DNA of 28,170 nt, from positions 1 through 28,170 of the IMG/VR virus record IMGVR_UViG_3300027656_000038; one strand, 5' to 3'. The notes under the pieces are model-generated. The model was not told the origin of the DNA. It saw nothing but the letters and a program-made list of their open reading frames with translations, and did not search any database. Both the position numbers and the translations under genes were made by a program. Every line of letters begins with the position of its first letter. The stretch's first letter is position 1. This stretch comes from a virus. Taxonomy: Duplodnaviria > Caudoviricetes. This document shows, piece after piece, positions 1-8,273 of the stretch.

Positions 1-110
1 TTTAGGGTGTTCTCGTATGCAGATACCAAGACACGAACCTCATCTAATTGCATTAGTAGATTCGCCTCTTGCTGCTTTAATGCATCAAGCCGTTGTTGTA
101 AATGTTCCAT
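1..110 (-). CDS. Partial small coiled-coil protein (runs off left edge)
   Basis: Manual translation from ATG at 110: MEHLQQRLDALKQQEANLLMQLDEVRVLVSAYENTL..., heptad-like, follows the 136..396 gene. Confidence 0.6.
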   Translation of the reverse strand, partial: MEHLQQRLDALKQQEANLLMQLDEVRVLVSAYENTL

Positions 111-135
111 TGGGTTTATTTTTCCCAAAGATACT

Positions 136-396
136 TTACTCGCCTGCTGCTACAACAACTTCCTCAACCACTACGGGCGTTGGAATCATTGCCCAAGCAT
201 CGTTGGCAAGGGTGCGGTAGTAGCCATCAACTCCCAATACCTCATCGGCAGCAGGGTCGTTTACTGCAAGCACCACGCGCCAATAAGATGAAGCGATAAC
301 GGCTCCGTCTTTGGTAACGTCTGTTGTTTTGCGGACTGCGATAGTTCCGTCTAATTTGACGTTGAATTCGCTGATGTAGATTACTTCTTCAATCAT
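136..396 (-). CDS. Small fibre-associated protein (possible fibre chaperone/accessory)
   Basis: 86 aa ORF directly downstream of the fibre gene, AT-rich leader; function inferred from position only. Confidence 0.55.
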   Translation of the reverse strand: MIEEVIYISEFNVKLDGTIAVRKTTDVTKDGAVIASSYWRVVLAVNDPAADEVLGVDGYYRTLANDAWAMIPTPVVVEEVVVAAGE

Positions 397-414
397 TTTG
401 TTTAGTTTTATTTA

Positions 415-1581
415 TTATACGAAGTAGGTAAGTGAAATCACTATATCACTATTGTTTGCAAAGTCAGCGTCTGTAATAGGGGTCATAGCGCCTAAAATTG
501 TAACTTCTTCTAATTCAATAGTTGTATTGTTAGCTCCTGCGTACGCTTGAAATTGATTTGTAAAAGTTATATTTTGAATTCTAAAACTTAATGCGCTCAA
601 ATTCCCTGTTGTGTTGGCAACCGTGAAAGGCAAGCCCGTAATACGAGCGTCACCCGTAGAACTTCCTTTAGCGGTCAAACGCAGTAATCCACTCACACTA
701 ACTTGCCTTCCTATCTTGGTATAAGTTCCCGTAGTTAGGGAATAAGTCATACCAACAGACGCACCACCAAACGAGAAACCCATAGTCCAAGTGCCTTCTT
801 CGTAGTCATCAAGGGCGTTGGCTGCTGCGGTGTCCCCGTTGAAGGTTACCCCGTTGTTAGTGATGCGGAAGCGTTCGGTTAAAGAACCTGCTGATGTTCG
901 TGTTTCAAAAGCCATTTGGCCGTCTAAAGCATTTGCACCATTTATAGCAGATATTCTTGAAGTTATGGTTGCCGTTCCTTCACTATTGATAAAATCAATG
1001 TTTCCGTTTTGATTTCCTCCGAATCCTCTGTTCCCGCTTAATTGAAGAACGCTAAATTTATCAGCACCCGATGGTGCCATAGTAAGAACTGTATTTCCTG
1101 CTACATAACCACCAATGTTTGGCGCAGTCGTGCCGATGCCTACGTTGCCTGCGGAGGTGATGCGAACACGCTCGTTAGAGTTAGTCCAAAAGGTTAGCGG
1201 TGTGCTTGAGTAAGCACTCAAAACCATCTTATCAACCTGAAAACCCACATCGCCATAAGCGGTGTTGCTATTCTCAAAATCAATTACAGGGTATCCGTTT
1301 GTTGCTCCAACAGTCAAAGGTTGGTTCGGAGTTGCAGTACCAATACCCACTTTGTTATTGGCAGCATCTACAAATAAAGTAGTCGTGTCAAACGTAGCGT
1401 TGCCCGTTACTGCCAAAGTTCCTGCGATAGAAGCAGCAGTCGTAGACAAAGACAATGTAGAGTCATTACCCAAACCATCGCTTAAAACTTTGAGTGAGCC
1501 GCTTAATGGCCCGTTGTCCGTAACCTTAATAAGGCTATCGTATGTGTCCTGTGGGGTTGTCCCCGTTAATGTTGTTCCCAT
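415..1581 (-). CDS. Tail/head fibre (receptor-binding-type) protein
   Basis: Gly/Thr/Ala-rich; repeated (N/K)VGIGT and ERxRIT beta-strand motifs; ALDDYEEGTWT motif opens the C-terminal domain, typical of aquatic phage fibres. Confidence 0.75.
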   Translation of the reverse strand: MGTTLTGTTPQDTYDSLIKVTDNGPLSGSLKVLSDGLGNDSTLSLSTTAASIAGTLAVTGNATFDTTTLFVDAANNKVGIGTATPNQPLTVGATNGYPVIDFENSNTAYGDVGFQVDKMVLSAYSSTPLTFWTNSNERVRITSAGNVGIGTTAPNIGGYVAGNTVLTMAPSGADKFSVLQLSGNRGFGGNQNGNIDFINSEGTATITSRISAINGANALDGQMAFETRTSAGSLTERFRITNNGVTFNGDTAAANALDDYEEGTWTMGFSFGGASVGMTYSLTTGTYTKIGRQVSVSGLLRLTAKGSSTGDARITGLPFTVANTTGNLSALSFRIQNITFTNQFQAYAGANNTTIELEEVTILGAMTPITDADFANNSDIVISLTYFV

Positions 1582-1585
1582 AATT

Positions 1586-1795
1586 TTATGATTCCCAAGT
1601 TGTACTCCAAGTATTCCAAATTTCTTCTATCAACTGCCAAGCACCTTGCTCGTTGTTGCCGTATAGGTTTGTAGTAGGATGACCATAAGACAATGGCTGA
1701 ACCATACCCCAAGAGATACTATTCGTTGCTGCTGCTTGACCCCAATAGATGTCATTGTTTGCTGCTCCTTGTCCCCAATCGCCTTGAACTCCCAT
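1586..1795 (-). CDS. Small Trp-rich virion-module protein
   Basis: 69 aa; three WG repeats at 11-aa spacing and a C-terminal W-x6-W-x6-W; preceded by the GTTATTTA motif. Confidence 0.7.
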   Translation of the reverse strand: MGVQGDWGQGAANNDIYWGQAAATNSISWGMVQPLSYGHPTTNLYGNNEQGAWQLIEEIWNTWSTTWES

Positions 1796-1865
1796 TGTCT
1801 AAATAACTCTTTAACTTCACAATGTTGCTACGCTTCGGAGTGTATGTCTGTTTCTTACCACTCAT
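1752..1865 (-). CDS. Small basic hypothetical protein (37 aa, not in ORF track)
   Basis: MSGKKQTYTPKRSNIVKLKSYLDNGSSRRLGTRSSKQ; its ATG overlaps the upstream TGA (ATGA coupling). Confidence 0.5.
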   Translation of the reverse strand: MSGKKQTYTPKRSNIVKLKSYLDNGSSRRLGTRSSKQ

Positions 1866-2362
1866 AACACCCAACTTGCAAAGTTTGCGTCAGTATCGGG
1901 GTAAACGTCAGCGTTGTTGTTTGAGTTGTATTCGGGGAATGTTGCTTGGTTGTAGCTCATATAAGTGATAAACCTGTCGGTGTAGTACTGCGCCAAGTCC
2001 CTCGCCTTGTTCACCAAATAGTCAACCTCAATCTTTTCTGCGGTAGTAGAATTCTCGGAGTTGTGCTTGAACACCCCTGCGTTGCCGATAGTGTATGCTG
2101 CGAAGGGGAGATATTCCACAGTTGCCCAATGGATTAACATTGGCTGAATGTATAAATTAACCAAATCTAAATAAGGATTTACCAAAGTGCTATTGGTGAT
2201 GTCCGTGCTAATCTTGTCGTATAGTTGCGTTCCTGTATAGTTTTGGATGTGTATCTCCTGTGCTATCTTGATGAACTGAATAAACTTATCCGTGTCCACG
2301 TTACCGCCAATCGCGGTGTTGCGAACCAAGTCCTCTCTTTTAATAAATAATGCCGTTGCCAT
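1862..2362 (-). CDS. Putative head-tail adaptor / head completion protein
   Basis: 166 aa helical protein immediately after the portal gene; function inferred from position and size. Confidence 0.55.
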   Translation of the reverse strand: MATALFIKREDLVRNTAIGGNVDTDKFIQFIKIAQEIHIQNYTGTQLYDKISTDITNSTLVNPYLDLVNLYIQPMLIHWATVEYLPFAAYTIGNAGVFKHNSENSTTAEKIEVDYLVNKARDLAQYYTDRFITYMSYNQATFPEYNSNNNADVYPDTDANFASWVL

Positions 2363-2365
2363 TTC

Positions 2366-4384
2366 TTAATTTTTATATCCTCTTGTTGGTGTTTCAATAG
2401 GGGCGATAGCAACGAGGGGGTCATTCTGCATAGGTCGGAATCCCATACGAATAGCTTGGTTCACGTTGATAATATCCGTGCCGTTCAAAGAGCCACCTCC
2501 GTAGATGTTGCCCTCTTTGGTTAGCTTCTTGCGGTAGATTCTACGCTCCCAACGATGGTGGCAGTTAGCACCGCCTTTGAAAAGCCATACGCTATACGGC
2601 TCACCTTGTGCTTCTGCTCCTCCTTTTGAACTTAATGCCTCGACATCCTCCATGCGGTAGACTCGCCCTGCGGAAAGTAACGTGCGGCATAGCAAACGGC
2701 TTTCACCTTCGGGTTGTTTGCGTGTGCCTTTAGCGTAGAAGTAACGAACCTTGTATCGCTCTGTGTCTTGCTCACTTGCCTGCTGCGCTGCAAGGTCGGT
2801 GCGTGAGTTGAGGTATGCCTCTACATCGTATTCTGCTCCTTCATCTTCAACAAGCTCTGCCGTGATTAGGTCAAAGTCCTGCATCAGCTCCTCCTCGCTT
2901 TCGCCTAGACTCTCAATGTTCAGTAGCAACTCTGCCGCAAGCTCATCACGCAAGAAGGGGCGGTCATCTTTCTTTGCAAGTTTGACCTTCTTCTGCGCCT
3001 TCATCTGGGAGATGATATTTGCAGCATTGCCAGAAAACAATCCCTTTGCTACATCGGGGTCAAACTGAAGCATCTGCACCAAGAACGTGATTGCTTGGTC
3101 AATCGTTAGAACGCCATCCTTTACGCTCTGCATAATCTGCAAAGAGCTTGCAATCTGCGCTCCGTTGTACGATGCATCCTTTTTGATTAAGTCTTCGTTG
3201 GCTTCGCTCACTTGCACGGTTTCAATGTCTTCTGTTTTAACGCCTGTTGCTTCTTCTACCACCTCTGCATCTTGTACCTCCGTTTCGGTGAACTCTAAAG
3301 GCTGAAGGGTCTTAAAGTACAAGTTGAGGCTGATGTCGTTGTAGGCCAAGATTTGGTCTATGCCGTCAATGATAATCTGTTGCTTGGGTCTGATAACGAT
3401 ATTGTCAAGCAGCACCGATGCGGTCATCAATTCATCGGCATTATTGCCAAAACCTGTGTTGTCCTTGATGCCCAAAAGCAAAGGGCTTACAATACGATGC
3501 GACACCAATATCTTTTGTGTTGCCTCTGAACTTAAGAACTGATACTGCTCCGCAGCATCCGATAACTGCACAGGGTCAACCGTTGCAGCAAGTTCTTTGT
3601 TATCATTGAAAGCAAGGATAAACTTACCAGAGTTTGAACTACCGCTAAACTTTGTGGCAATCTGCTGCTCAATAGTCCTGCGCTCCTCTTCACTAGGTAC
3701 TCCGTTGTTGAAGTTAATCAGCATAGAAGGCGCAAGGCCGTTCTGAATGTTGTTGATGTGGTAGTTGGCAATCTCCTCCTCAAGCTCTGCGTATGGAAGT
3801 CCGCCTTGATAGTCAACGGGGGAGTAGTAGTAGAATCCTGCTCGGTATGGTTTGATGTACAGAATCTCCAAACCCTCTTTGCTCTTGCCAAAAGCAGGTA
3901 TGCGCACAGGTGTCTCTCTCCTGCTTGCTACCTCTCTCCAATCCTTTGCGTAGTAGTACGCCTCAATCTCTCCGTCTTCGTTAGACCTTGCGGCTCGTAG
4001 CGTCTCTATCGGGATATGCTGCACCTCTACAATCATATTGTGGTCTTGGGAGTACACGACCTGCAAAGAGCATTGCCCCATCATAACGTAGTCCGCAACA
4101 ACCTTCTGCATATTTGACTTTGTGAACAAGCCACGCATTGCTGCGTACTCGCTCGGCTTCTTGGCAGAGTCCGTTGCATCCAGTCCCTTGCCAAAGGTCA
4201 AATCCATCAAAGAGTTGAGGATGGCGTTGTTGGTAGGTGAGCCGTTGTACCTGTCAATTAAGTACCCGAAGTAGTCGTTGTTATCTCCGTATTCTACGAA
4301 GTCCTTACCCTGCACCTCTTTTACAACAGGCGTGGTGTAGGAACTGAAGTTCACAACGTGAATTTTAGATGATGATGTACTCAT
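2366..4384 (-). CDS. Portal protein with C-terminal extension (MuF/gp7-like Cys/His motif)
   Basis: N-terminal ~360 aa has portal-like features (NGLAPSMLINF, FSGSSNSGKFIL, ILVSHRIVSPLLLG); the extension carries SRLLC...GGANCHHRW. Confidence 0.8.
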   Translation of the reverse strand: MSTSSSKIHVVNFSSYTTPVVKEVQGKDFVEYGDNNDYFGYLIDRYNGSPTNNAILNSLMDLTFGKGLDATDSAKKPSEYAAMRGLFTKSNMQKVVADYVMMGQCSLQVVYSQDHNMIVEVQHIPIETLRAARSNEDGEIEAYYYAKDWREVASRRETPVRIPAFGKSKEGLEILYIKPYRAGFYYYSPVDYQGGLPYAELEEEIANYHINNIQNGLAPSMLINFNNGVPSEEERRTIEQQIATKFSGSSNSGKFILAFNDNKELAATVDPVQLSDAAEQYQFLSSEATQKILVSHRIVSPLLLGIKDNTGFGNNADELMTASVLLDNIVIRPKQQIIIDGIDQILAYNDISLNLYFKTLQPLEFTETEVQDAEVVEEATGVKTEDIETVQVSEANEDLIKKDASYNGAQIASSLQIMQSVKDGVLTIDQAITFLVQMLQFDPDVAKGLFSGNAANIISQMKAQKKVKLAKKDDRPFLRDELAAELLLNIESLGESEEELMQDFDLITAELVEDEGAEYDVEAYLNSRTDLAAQQASEQDTERYKVRYFYAKGTRKQPEGESRLLCRTLLSAGRVYRMEDVEALSSKGGAEAQGEPYSVWLFKGGANCHHRWERRIYRKKLTKEGNIYGGGSLNGTDIINVNQAIRMGFRPMQNDPLVAIAPIETPTRGYKN

Positions 4385-4700
4385 TGTTGTAGCTTGTTTC
4401 TTCGGTGTAGACGTTTTGGTTCACCGTAAATTTGTCGAAATCAGTTTGTGAAGTTACAAAGACTCGGTCTCTGTATATTAGATTTCCCGATGCAAATACA
4501 TTCAAGCCATAGAATCTATTGTTGACAAGGCTAAACGTGCCTGTGAGCGTCATAAAACCATTAGCAGAGGCAAGCGTAACCGCAGGCGTTGCGGTAGTGT
4601 TTGTTGATTCATCAATCAAGGCAATCGTTACACTCGCAGGGAATGTGCGTGGTATAATTACAATGGCTTGTGGCGAGGCTGATACTTGGAGAATATGCAT
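4365..4700 (-). CDS. Hypothetical virion protein (beta-rich)
   Basis: 111 aa between tail tube and portal, overlaps the portal start, preceded by the GGTTATTTA motif. Confidence 0.65.
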   Translation of the reverse strand: MHILQVSASPQAIVIIPRTFPASVTIALIDESTNTTATPAVTLASANGFMTLTGTFSLVNNRFYGLNVFASGNLIYRDRVFVTSQTDFDKFTVNQNVYTEETSYNNEYIII

Positions 4701-4742
4701 CTTAAATAAATAACCTTTTACTTTGGATTTGTTTGAAAATAG

Positions 4743-4763
4743 AAAAGGGGCTTGCGCCCCCTT
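4743..4763 (-). terminator. Rho-independent terminator after the tail tube gene
   Basis: Minus strand GGGGC-GCAA-GCCCC-TTTT (GNRA tetraloop plus short U tract). Confidence 0.8.
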
Positions 4764-4785
4764 AACTATTCTGCCTTGCGGTAGG

Positions 4786-5334
4786 TTACGAGTTCGTACC
4801 TACAACAATCGTGTCAGTTGCACTTGCAAGTCCTGCAAAAGGATTGGCAGTAGTTGCACCATTGATAAAGTTGGCAGGCATTGTCTCCTGTCCCTCCATT
4901 GTCAAAGTGTAACCAGACAGGTCACCCATTGCAGCACCAGTTACAATCGTTCCACCCGTTACTTCAGCACCGTTTACGCGACCCATCAAGAATGCGTTGC
5001 CGTTGTAGTCTTGTACCACAACATAAGGCCGACCATAAGCAAGCAGCTTCAATTCTTTGTTGTCCTCCTTTGTGAGTTTGGTCAACGTCAAATTCAAAGT
5101 CTGCGTGAAGAATGTTGTGCCATTATCACGGCTTGAGTTAAAGGCTTGCTCAAAAGATGAGTTGCCTTTTACCAAGTATTGGTACGCAGAGAAAGTTCCC
5201 GAAATATCGGTCACCTCATCGTTGGTGAGGGTAATCGTACCCAAGTCACCGAAGTCTACAAAGTACACGGCACGGATGCCACCTACTACGTCTTTACAGG
5301 GAACTAACCTGCCTTTTGTTAAATCACACGCCAT
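4786..5334 (-). CDS. Putative major tail (tube) protein
   Basis: 182 aa beta-rich protein (MACDLTKGR..CKD..GGI) directly after the capsid gene, flanked by terminators as expected for an abundant structural gene. Confidence 0.6.
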   Translation of the reverse strand: MACDLTKGRLVPCKDVVGGIRAVYFVDFGDLGTITLTNDEVTDISGTFSAYQYLVKGNSSFEQAFNSSRDNGTTFFTQTLNLTLTKLTKEDNKELKLLAYGRPYVVVQDYNGNAFLMGRVNGAEVTGGTIVTGAAMGDLSGYTLTMEGQETMPANFINGATTANPFAGLASATDTIVVGTNS

Positions 5335-5357
5335 TGTTTCTTTGTTTTATTAGAATT

Positions 5358-5394
5358 AAAAAAGAGGGCGAGGACATAGCCCAAGCCCCCTCTT
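5358..5394 (-). terminator. Rho-independent terminator after the major capsid gene
   Basis: Minus strand AAGAGGGGGCTTGGGCTATGTCCTCGCCCTCTTTTTT: imperfect long stem plus U tract. Confidence 0.7.
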
Positions 5395-5412
5395 GATTTA
5401 CATTAGCTCGGA

Positions 5413-6339
5413 TTAAGAGTAAAGAACTACGTCAGCTCCGATTCCGTACTGAACTCCTGCGAAGAAGCGTAGGATAACACGGATGTTGGCACTTCCGTCA
5501 AGGTCAGCCATATCAAGTACACGAACCTCGTTGCGCTCATCAGCCAATCCTGTTCCGAAGAATAGGTTTGAAGCTTCAGCAGCAACCATCTTGTTTGAAG
5601 GAAGACCGTTTGCCATAGCAACGCGGATGCCATCAAAGTACAAGTCTCCGTTGCCGTACCACATTGTGCCTTGATTGTCAACACCATTTGCACCCAGACC
5701 CGAAGTTCCGAATCCACCTAGCGCACGGACATAAGCCTTTGCTACGTTCTGTGGGACATAGATAGTCAAATCCTCTTTGCCGTAAAGGGCAGAAGGGATA
5801 GCATCAGCAACTTTACCAAGCTCTACGATAACATTTGAAGCCGTCACGGTTGTAGCGGTTACGTCAATAACATCAGAGTCGGCAGTCATCAAAGAAAGGA
5901 ATCCGCTGAACTCACCTGCACTTGCAGCGTTACCGTTCCAAATGTTCTGCTCAATCTTTTGGGCAGTCTTTGAAGCAACGTGGGCAATCAAGAAATCAGC
6001 AAAAGAAGTAGGGATGCTATCGTAAGCAGAGAAGCCCATTTGACCACCAATCCAAGATGAGTAGTAGTCCTTCTTACAAAGCTGCAAGTTTACTTGAAAA
6101 GGCTCAACGGCAAGAACGCGGTCGGTCAAAGTCAAGGTAGAAGTTGCGTCAAAGTCGCAAGTACCATCTTTTACTATGTCGTTAGTAGCAACCTTCTGAA
6201 GGGTTGTTTTGTAGTTTACGTTTGGAAGAATCTCAATGAGTCCTTTGTCAAGCGTGTTAGCAGAAAGAAGTGCGGCAGAAATGTACTTCTGCGCAAAAAT
6301 ACCTGCATAGTTTGTGGTGATTGAAGTGGTCGTAGCCAT
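5413..6339 (-). CDS. Major capsid protein (HK97 fold inferred)
   Basis: 308 aa following protease and scaffold; AQKIEQNIWNG...FSGFL backbone-helix-like motif; followed by a terminator. Confidence 0.8.
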   Translation of the reverse strand: MATTTSITTNYAGIFAQKYISAALLSANTLDKGLIEILPNVNYKTTLQKVATNDIVKDGTCDFDATSTLTLTDRVLAVEPFQVNLQLCKKDYYSSWIGGQMGFSAYDSIPTSFADFLIAHVASKTAQKIEQNIWNGNAASAGEFSGFLSLMTADSDVIDVTATTVTASNVIVELGKVADAIPSALYGKEDLTIYVPQNVAKAYVRALGGFGTSGLGANGVDNQGTMWYGNGDLYFDGIRVAMANGLPSNKMVAAEASNLFFGTGLADERNEVRVLDMADLDGSANIRVILRFFAGVQYGIGADVVLYS

Positions 6340-6351
6340 TTTTTATATTTA

Positions 6352-6930
6352 TTATTTGTTTATTCGTGCAAGGACTCGGTCAATCGTTTTTTGTGGGCGA
6401 TTGGTACTCATCTTTTGGACTTGCTTTGTTTCGGGGTTGTGCTTGATGGCTTTCGCAGCAGGTGCGGCAGATAGTTCTGCTTTAACCGCAGCCATCTCCT
6501 CCTTGTTGGCGTAACCGCCCATCTCATCACGCATCCCTTTCATTTCTTCGCGCATCATTGCAATCTCCTCAAGAACTCTCTCAATGATTGCAACTACCGC
6601 AGGGGCTTCTTCTGCCATTGGCATATCAGCAAGTTCAGTAGCTGCTTCGGCCTCAACCTCAACTTCTACCTCTGCTTCAGCGGTGGCTTCTTTAATTTCA
6701 GCGATTATACCTTCTTCGGTGATGACCAAAATACGGCCATCAGCAAGTAGGTGTTCGCCAATAGGAGCAGCAACTCGGTCTTCGCCACTAATGACAAACA
6801 CTTCGTTACCTGCTTCAAATGATTCTGCCTCAAGAACGGCTCCGTTCTCAAGTGTCATTTGCTCAAACTTAACCTCGCGGATGGAGGATAGCTCGGCAAG
6901 GATGCGGTTAAGTATGTTATTCGCTTTCAT
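6352..6930 (-). CDS. Capsid scaffolding protein
   Basis: Acidic Glu/Ala-rich, GEHLLADGRILVITEEGII motif, basic C-terminal helix; start placed at ATG 6930 after an AT-rich leader. Confidence 0.7.
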   Translation of the reverse strand: MKANNILNRILAELSSIREVKFEQMTLENGAVLEAESFEAGNEVFVISGEDRVAAPIGEHLLADGRILVITEEGIIAEIKEATAEAEVEVEVEAEAATELADMPMAEEAPAVVAIIERVLEEIAMMREEMKGMRDEMGGYANKEEMAAVKAELSAAPAAKAIKHNPETKQVQKMSTNRPQKTIDRVLARINK

Positions 6931-6970
6931 ATCTAAGTAATTAAAGGGGTTTTTGTTATTTGTAACATTT

Positions 6971-7195
6971 TTATAAATCTTGCCATAGAGTATTTGTGGA
7001 CTCCCATAGCGTGTTGATGGTCTGCCACTCCTCGCCAAGTATGACAACGCTTGTGCCTTGACCTACTAGTGAGCCGATACCCTGCGCTGCAAGAGAGCCA
7101 TCGCAGCATTCTGACCTGTAAGTGTTGTCTGGGCATAAGCATCCACGCCTTCCACCTCGCGGGGATGCGACAGGGAGTTTCATTGGTCTATACAT
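6971..7195 (-). CDS. Small Cys-rich head-module protein
   Basis: RGCLCPDNTYRSECCDGSLAAQGIG followed by a C-terminal W-x6-W-x6-W; overlaps the protease stop. Confidence 0.7.
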   Translation of the reverse strand: MYRPMKLPVASPRGGRRGCLCPDNTYRSECCDGSLAAQGIGSLVGQGTSVVILGEEWQTINTLWESTNTLWQDL

Positions 7196-8273
7196 TCTTT
7201 AGGTCTTCTTTATGGTATAGGTATTCGCTATCTTCTGTATGCTCTGCGCCTGTCATCAGTCTGCCATCGGCATCCTTGTGAGTTAGGCCTGTGTATAGCT
7301 TGCCATCTGCGGTGTAGTGAGGCACGCCTACTGCAAGTTCAATCTTGCCGAGTTCCTTTAGCTTGGACTCTGCCCAACGCTTTGCAGCAAGACCGCCCCA
7401 TAGCAGGAACGATATTGTGCCGCAGGCTTCGCTATTGCTTTCATCGTAGTATTCTTCGGCTCTTGATAGGTACGAGTACATCCGTGTGATGGTCTCTACG
7501 CTTACAGGCTTGCCTTGTGCTAACTGCTGCGCCCTTACCTTACCGACAGGAGTAGCGCACTTGTTGCCGTTCTTCTCGTTTAATTCAATACCACGCTTGG
7601 CGTTGTTCTTTACCGCATCGGGGTAGTCAGAATACGAGGCCATCTCGGTGCGTGTTCCCGACTTCTTACGACCATCCCTTTTGATGATAGCAACAATCTG
7701 TGCAAGCATCAACGCTGCTTCCTGCTCCTCTATTTGCGCCATCTCTTGCTTGGCAAGGTTTAGTTTGTCCACGAAATACCCCTCAATAGAGAATCCTTTG
7801 ACCTTCCCTGTCTTGACAAAGTTTGTCCAAATCTCTGGGTTGTTGACTTTCATAGATACCATCCAAGTGCCTATTGGCAAATCAAAGCCGTACTTCTTGC
7901 TCTTGTCTTGTACGTCATCTTCGATAATCCACGACTCTACAACCGTGAGGCCGTTGATTCCTACTTCGTGTTCAAGCGTAGCGTTGTTCTGCTTGCTCTT
8001 TTGGAAGAACATCTCGCTCGCTTTGCGGATGGTGGCTTCGCTGAAGTACACATAGAACTCCTCCTCGCCTTCTGCTCGGTAGATGGGTTTGTTTGGTACG
8101 AGTGCTGCTCCCATAAGGATGTGCTTCTCATCGCTCTGCGTAGCGAACTCCACCCGTTGTGAGTTGAGCGCAATGAAGTCCTCCTCAATCGCAGGATATT
8201 CTACAAGGGAGATTGCGTCAATGCCAGTTAGCAGCATTGATTCATCTAGTATTAGTTCAATTAGTTTCATCAT
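7188..8273 (-). CDS. Prohead serine protease (XkdF-like) with C-terminal extra domains
   Basis: AISLVEYPAIE, TLEH, GTWMVSMKV, KGFSIEG motifs in the first ~170 aa; upstream of scaffold and capsid. Confidence 0.8.
   Translation of the reverse strand: MMKLIELILDESMLLTGIDAISLVEYPAIEEDFIALNSQRVEFATQSDEKHILMGAALVPNKPIYRAEGEEEFYVYFSEATIRKASEMFFQKSKQNNATLEHEVGINGLTVVESWIIEDDVQDKSKKYGFDLPIGTWMVSMKVNNPEIWTNFVKTGKVKGFSIEGYFVDKLNLAKQEMAQIEEQEAALMLAQIVAIIKRDGRKKSGTRTEMASYSDYPDAVKNNAKRGIELNEKNGNKCATPVGKVRAQQLAQGKPVSVETITRMYSYLSRAEEYYDESNSEACGTISFLLWGGLAAKRWAESKLKELGKIELAVGVPHYTADGKLYTGLTHKDADGRLMTGAEHTEDSEYLYHKEDLKNV

Noticed and set aside
415-1581. Diversity-generating retroelement targeting the fibre
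   Set aside because: No reverse transcriptase and no TR/VR repeat pair seen in the window
6931-7047. N-terminal extension of the scaffold ORF to 7047
   Set aside because: It overlaps the 74-aa gene and an AT-rich leader; ATG 6930 fits better
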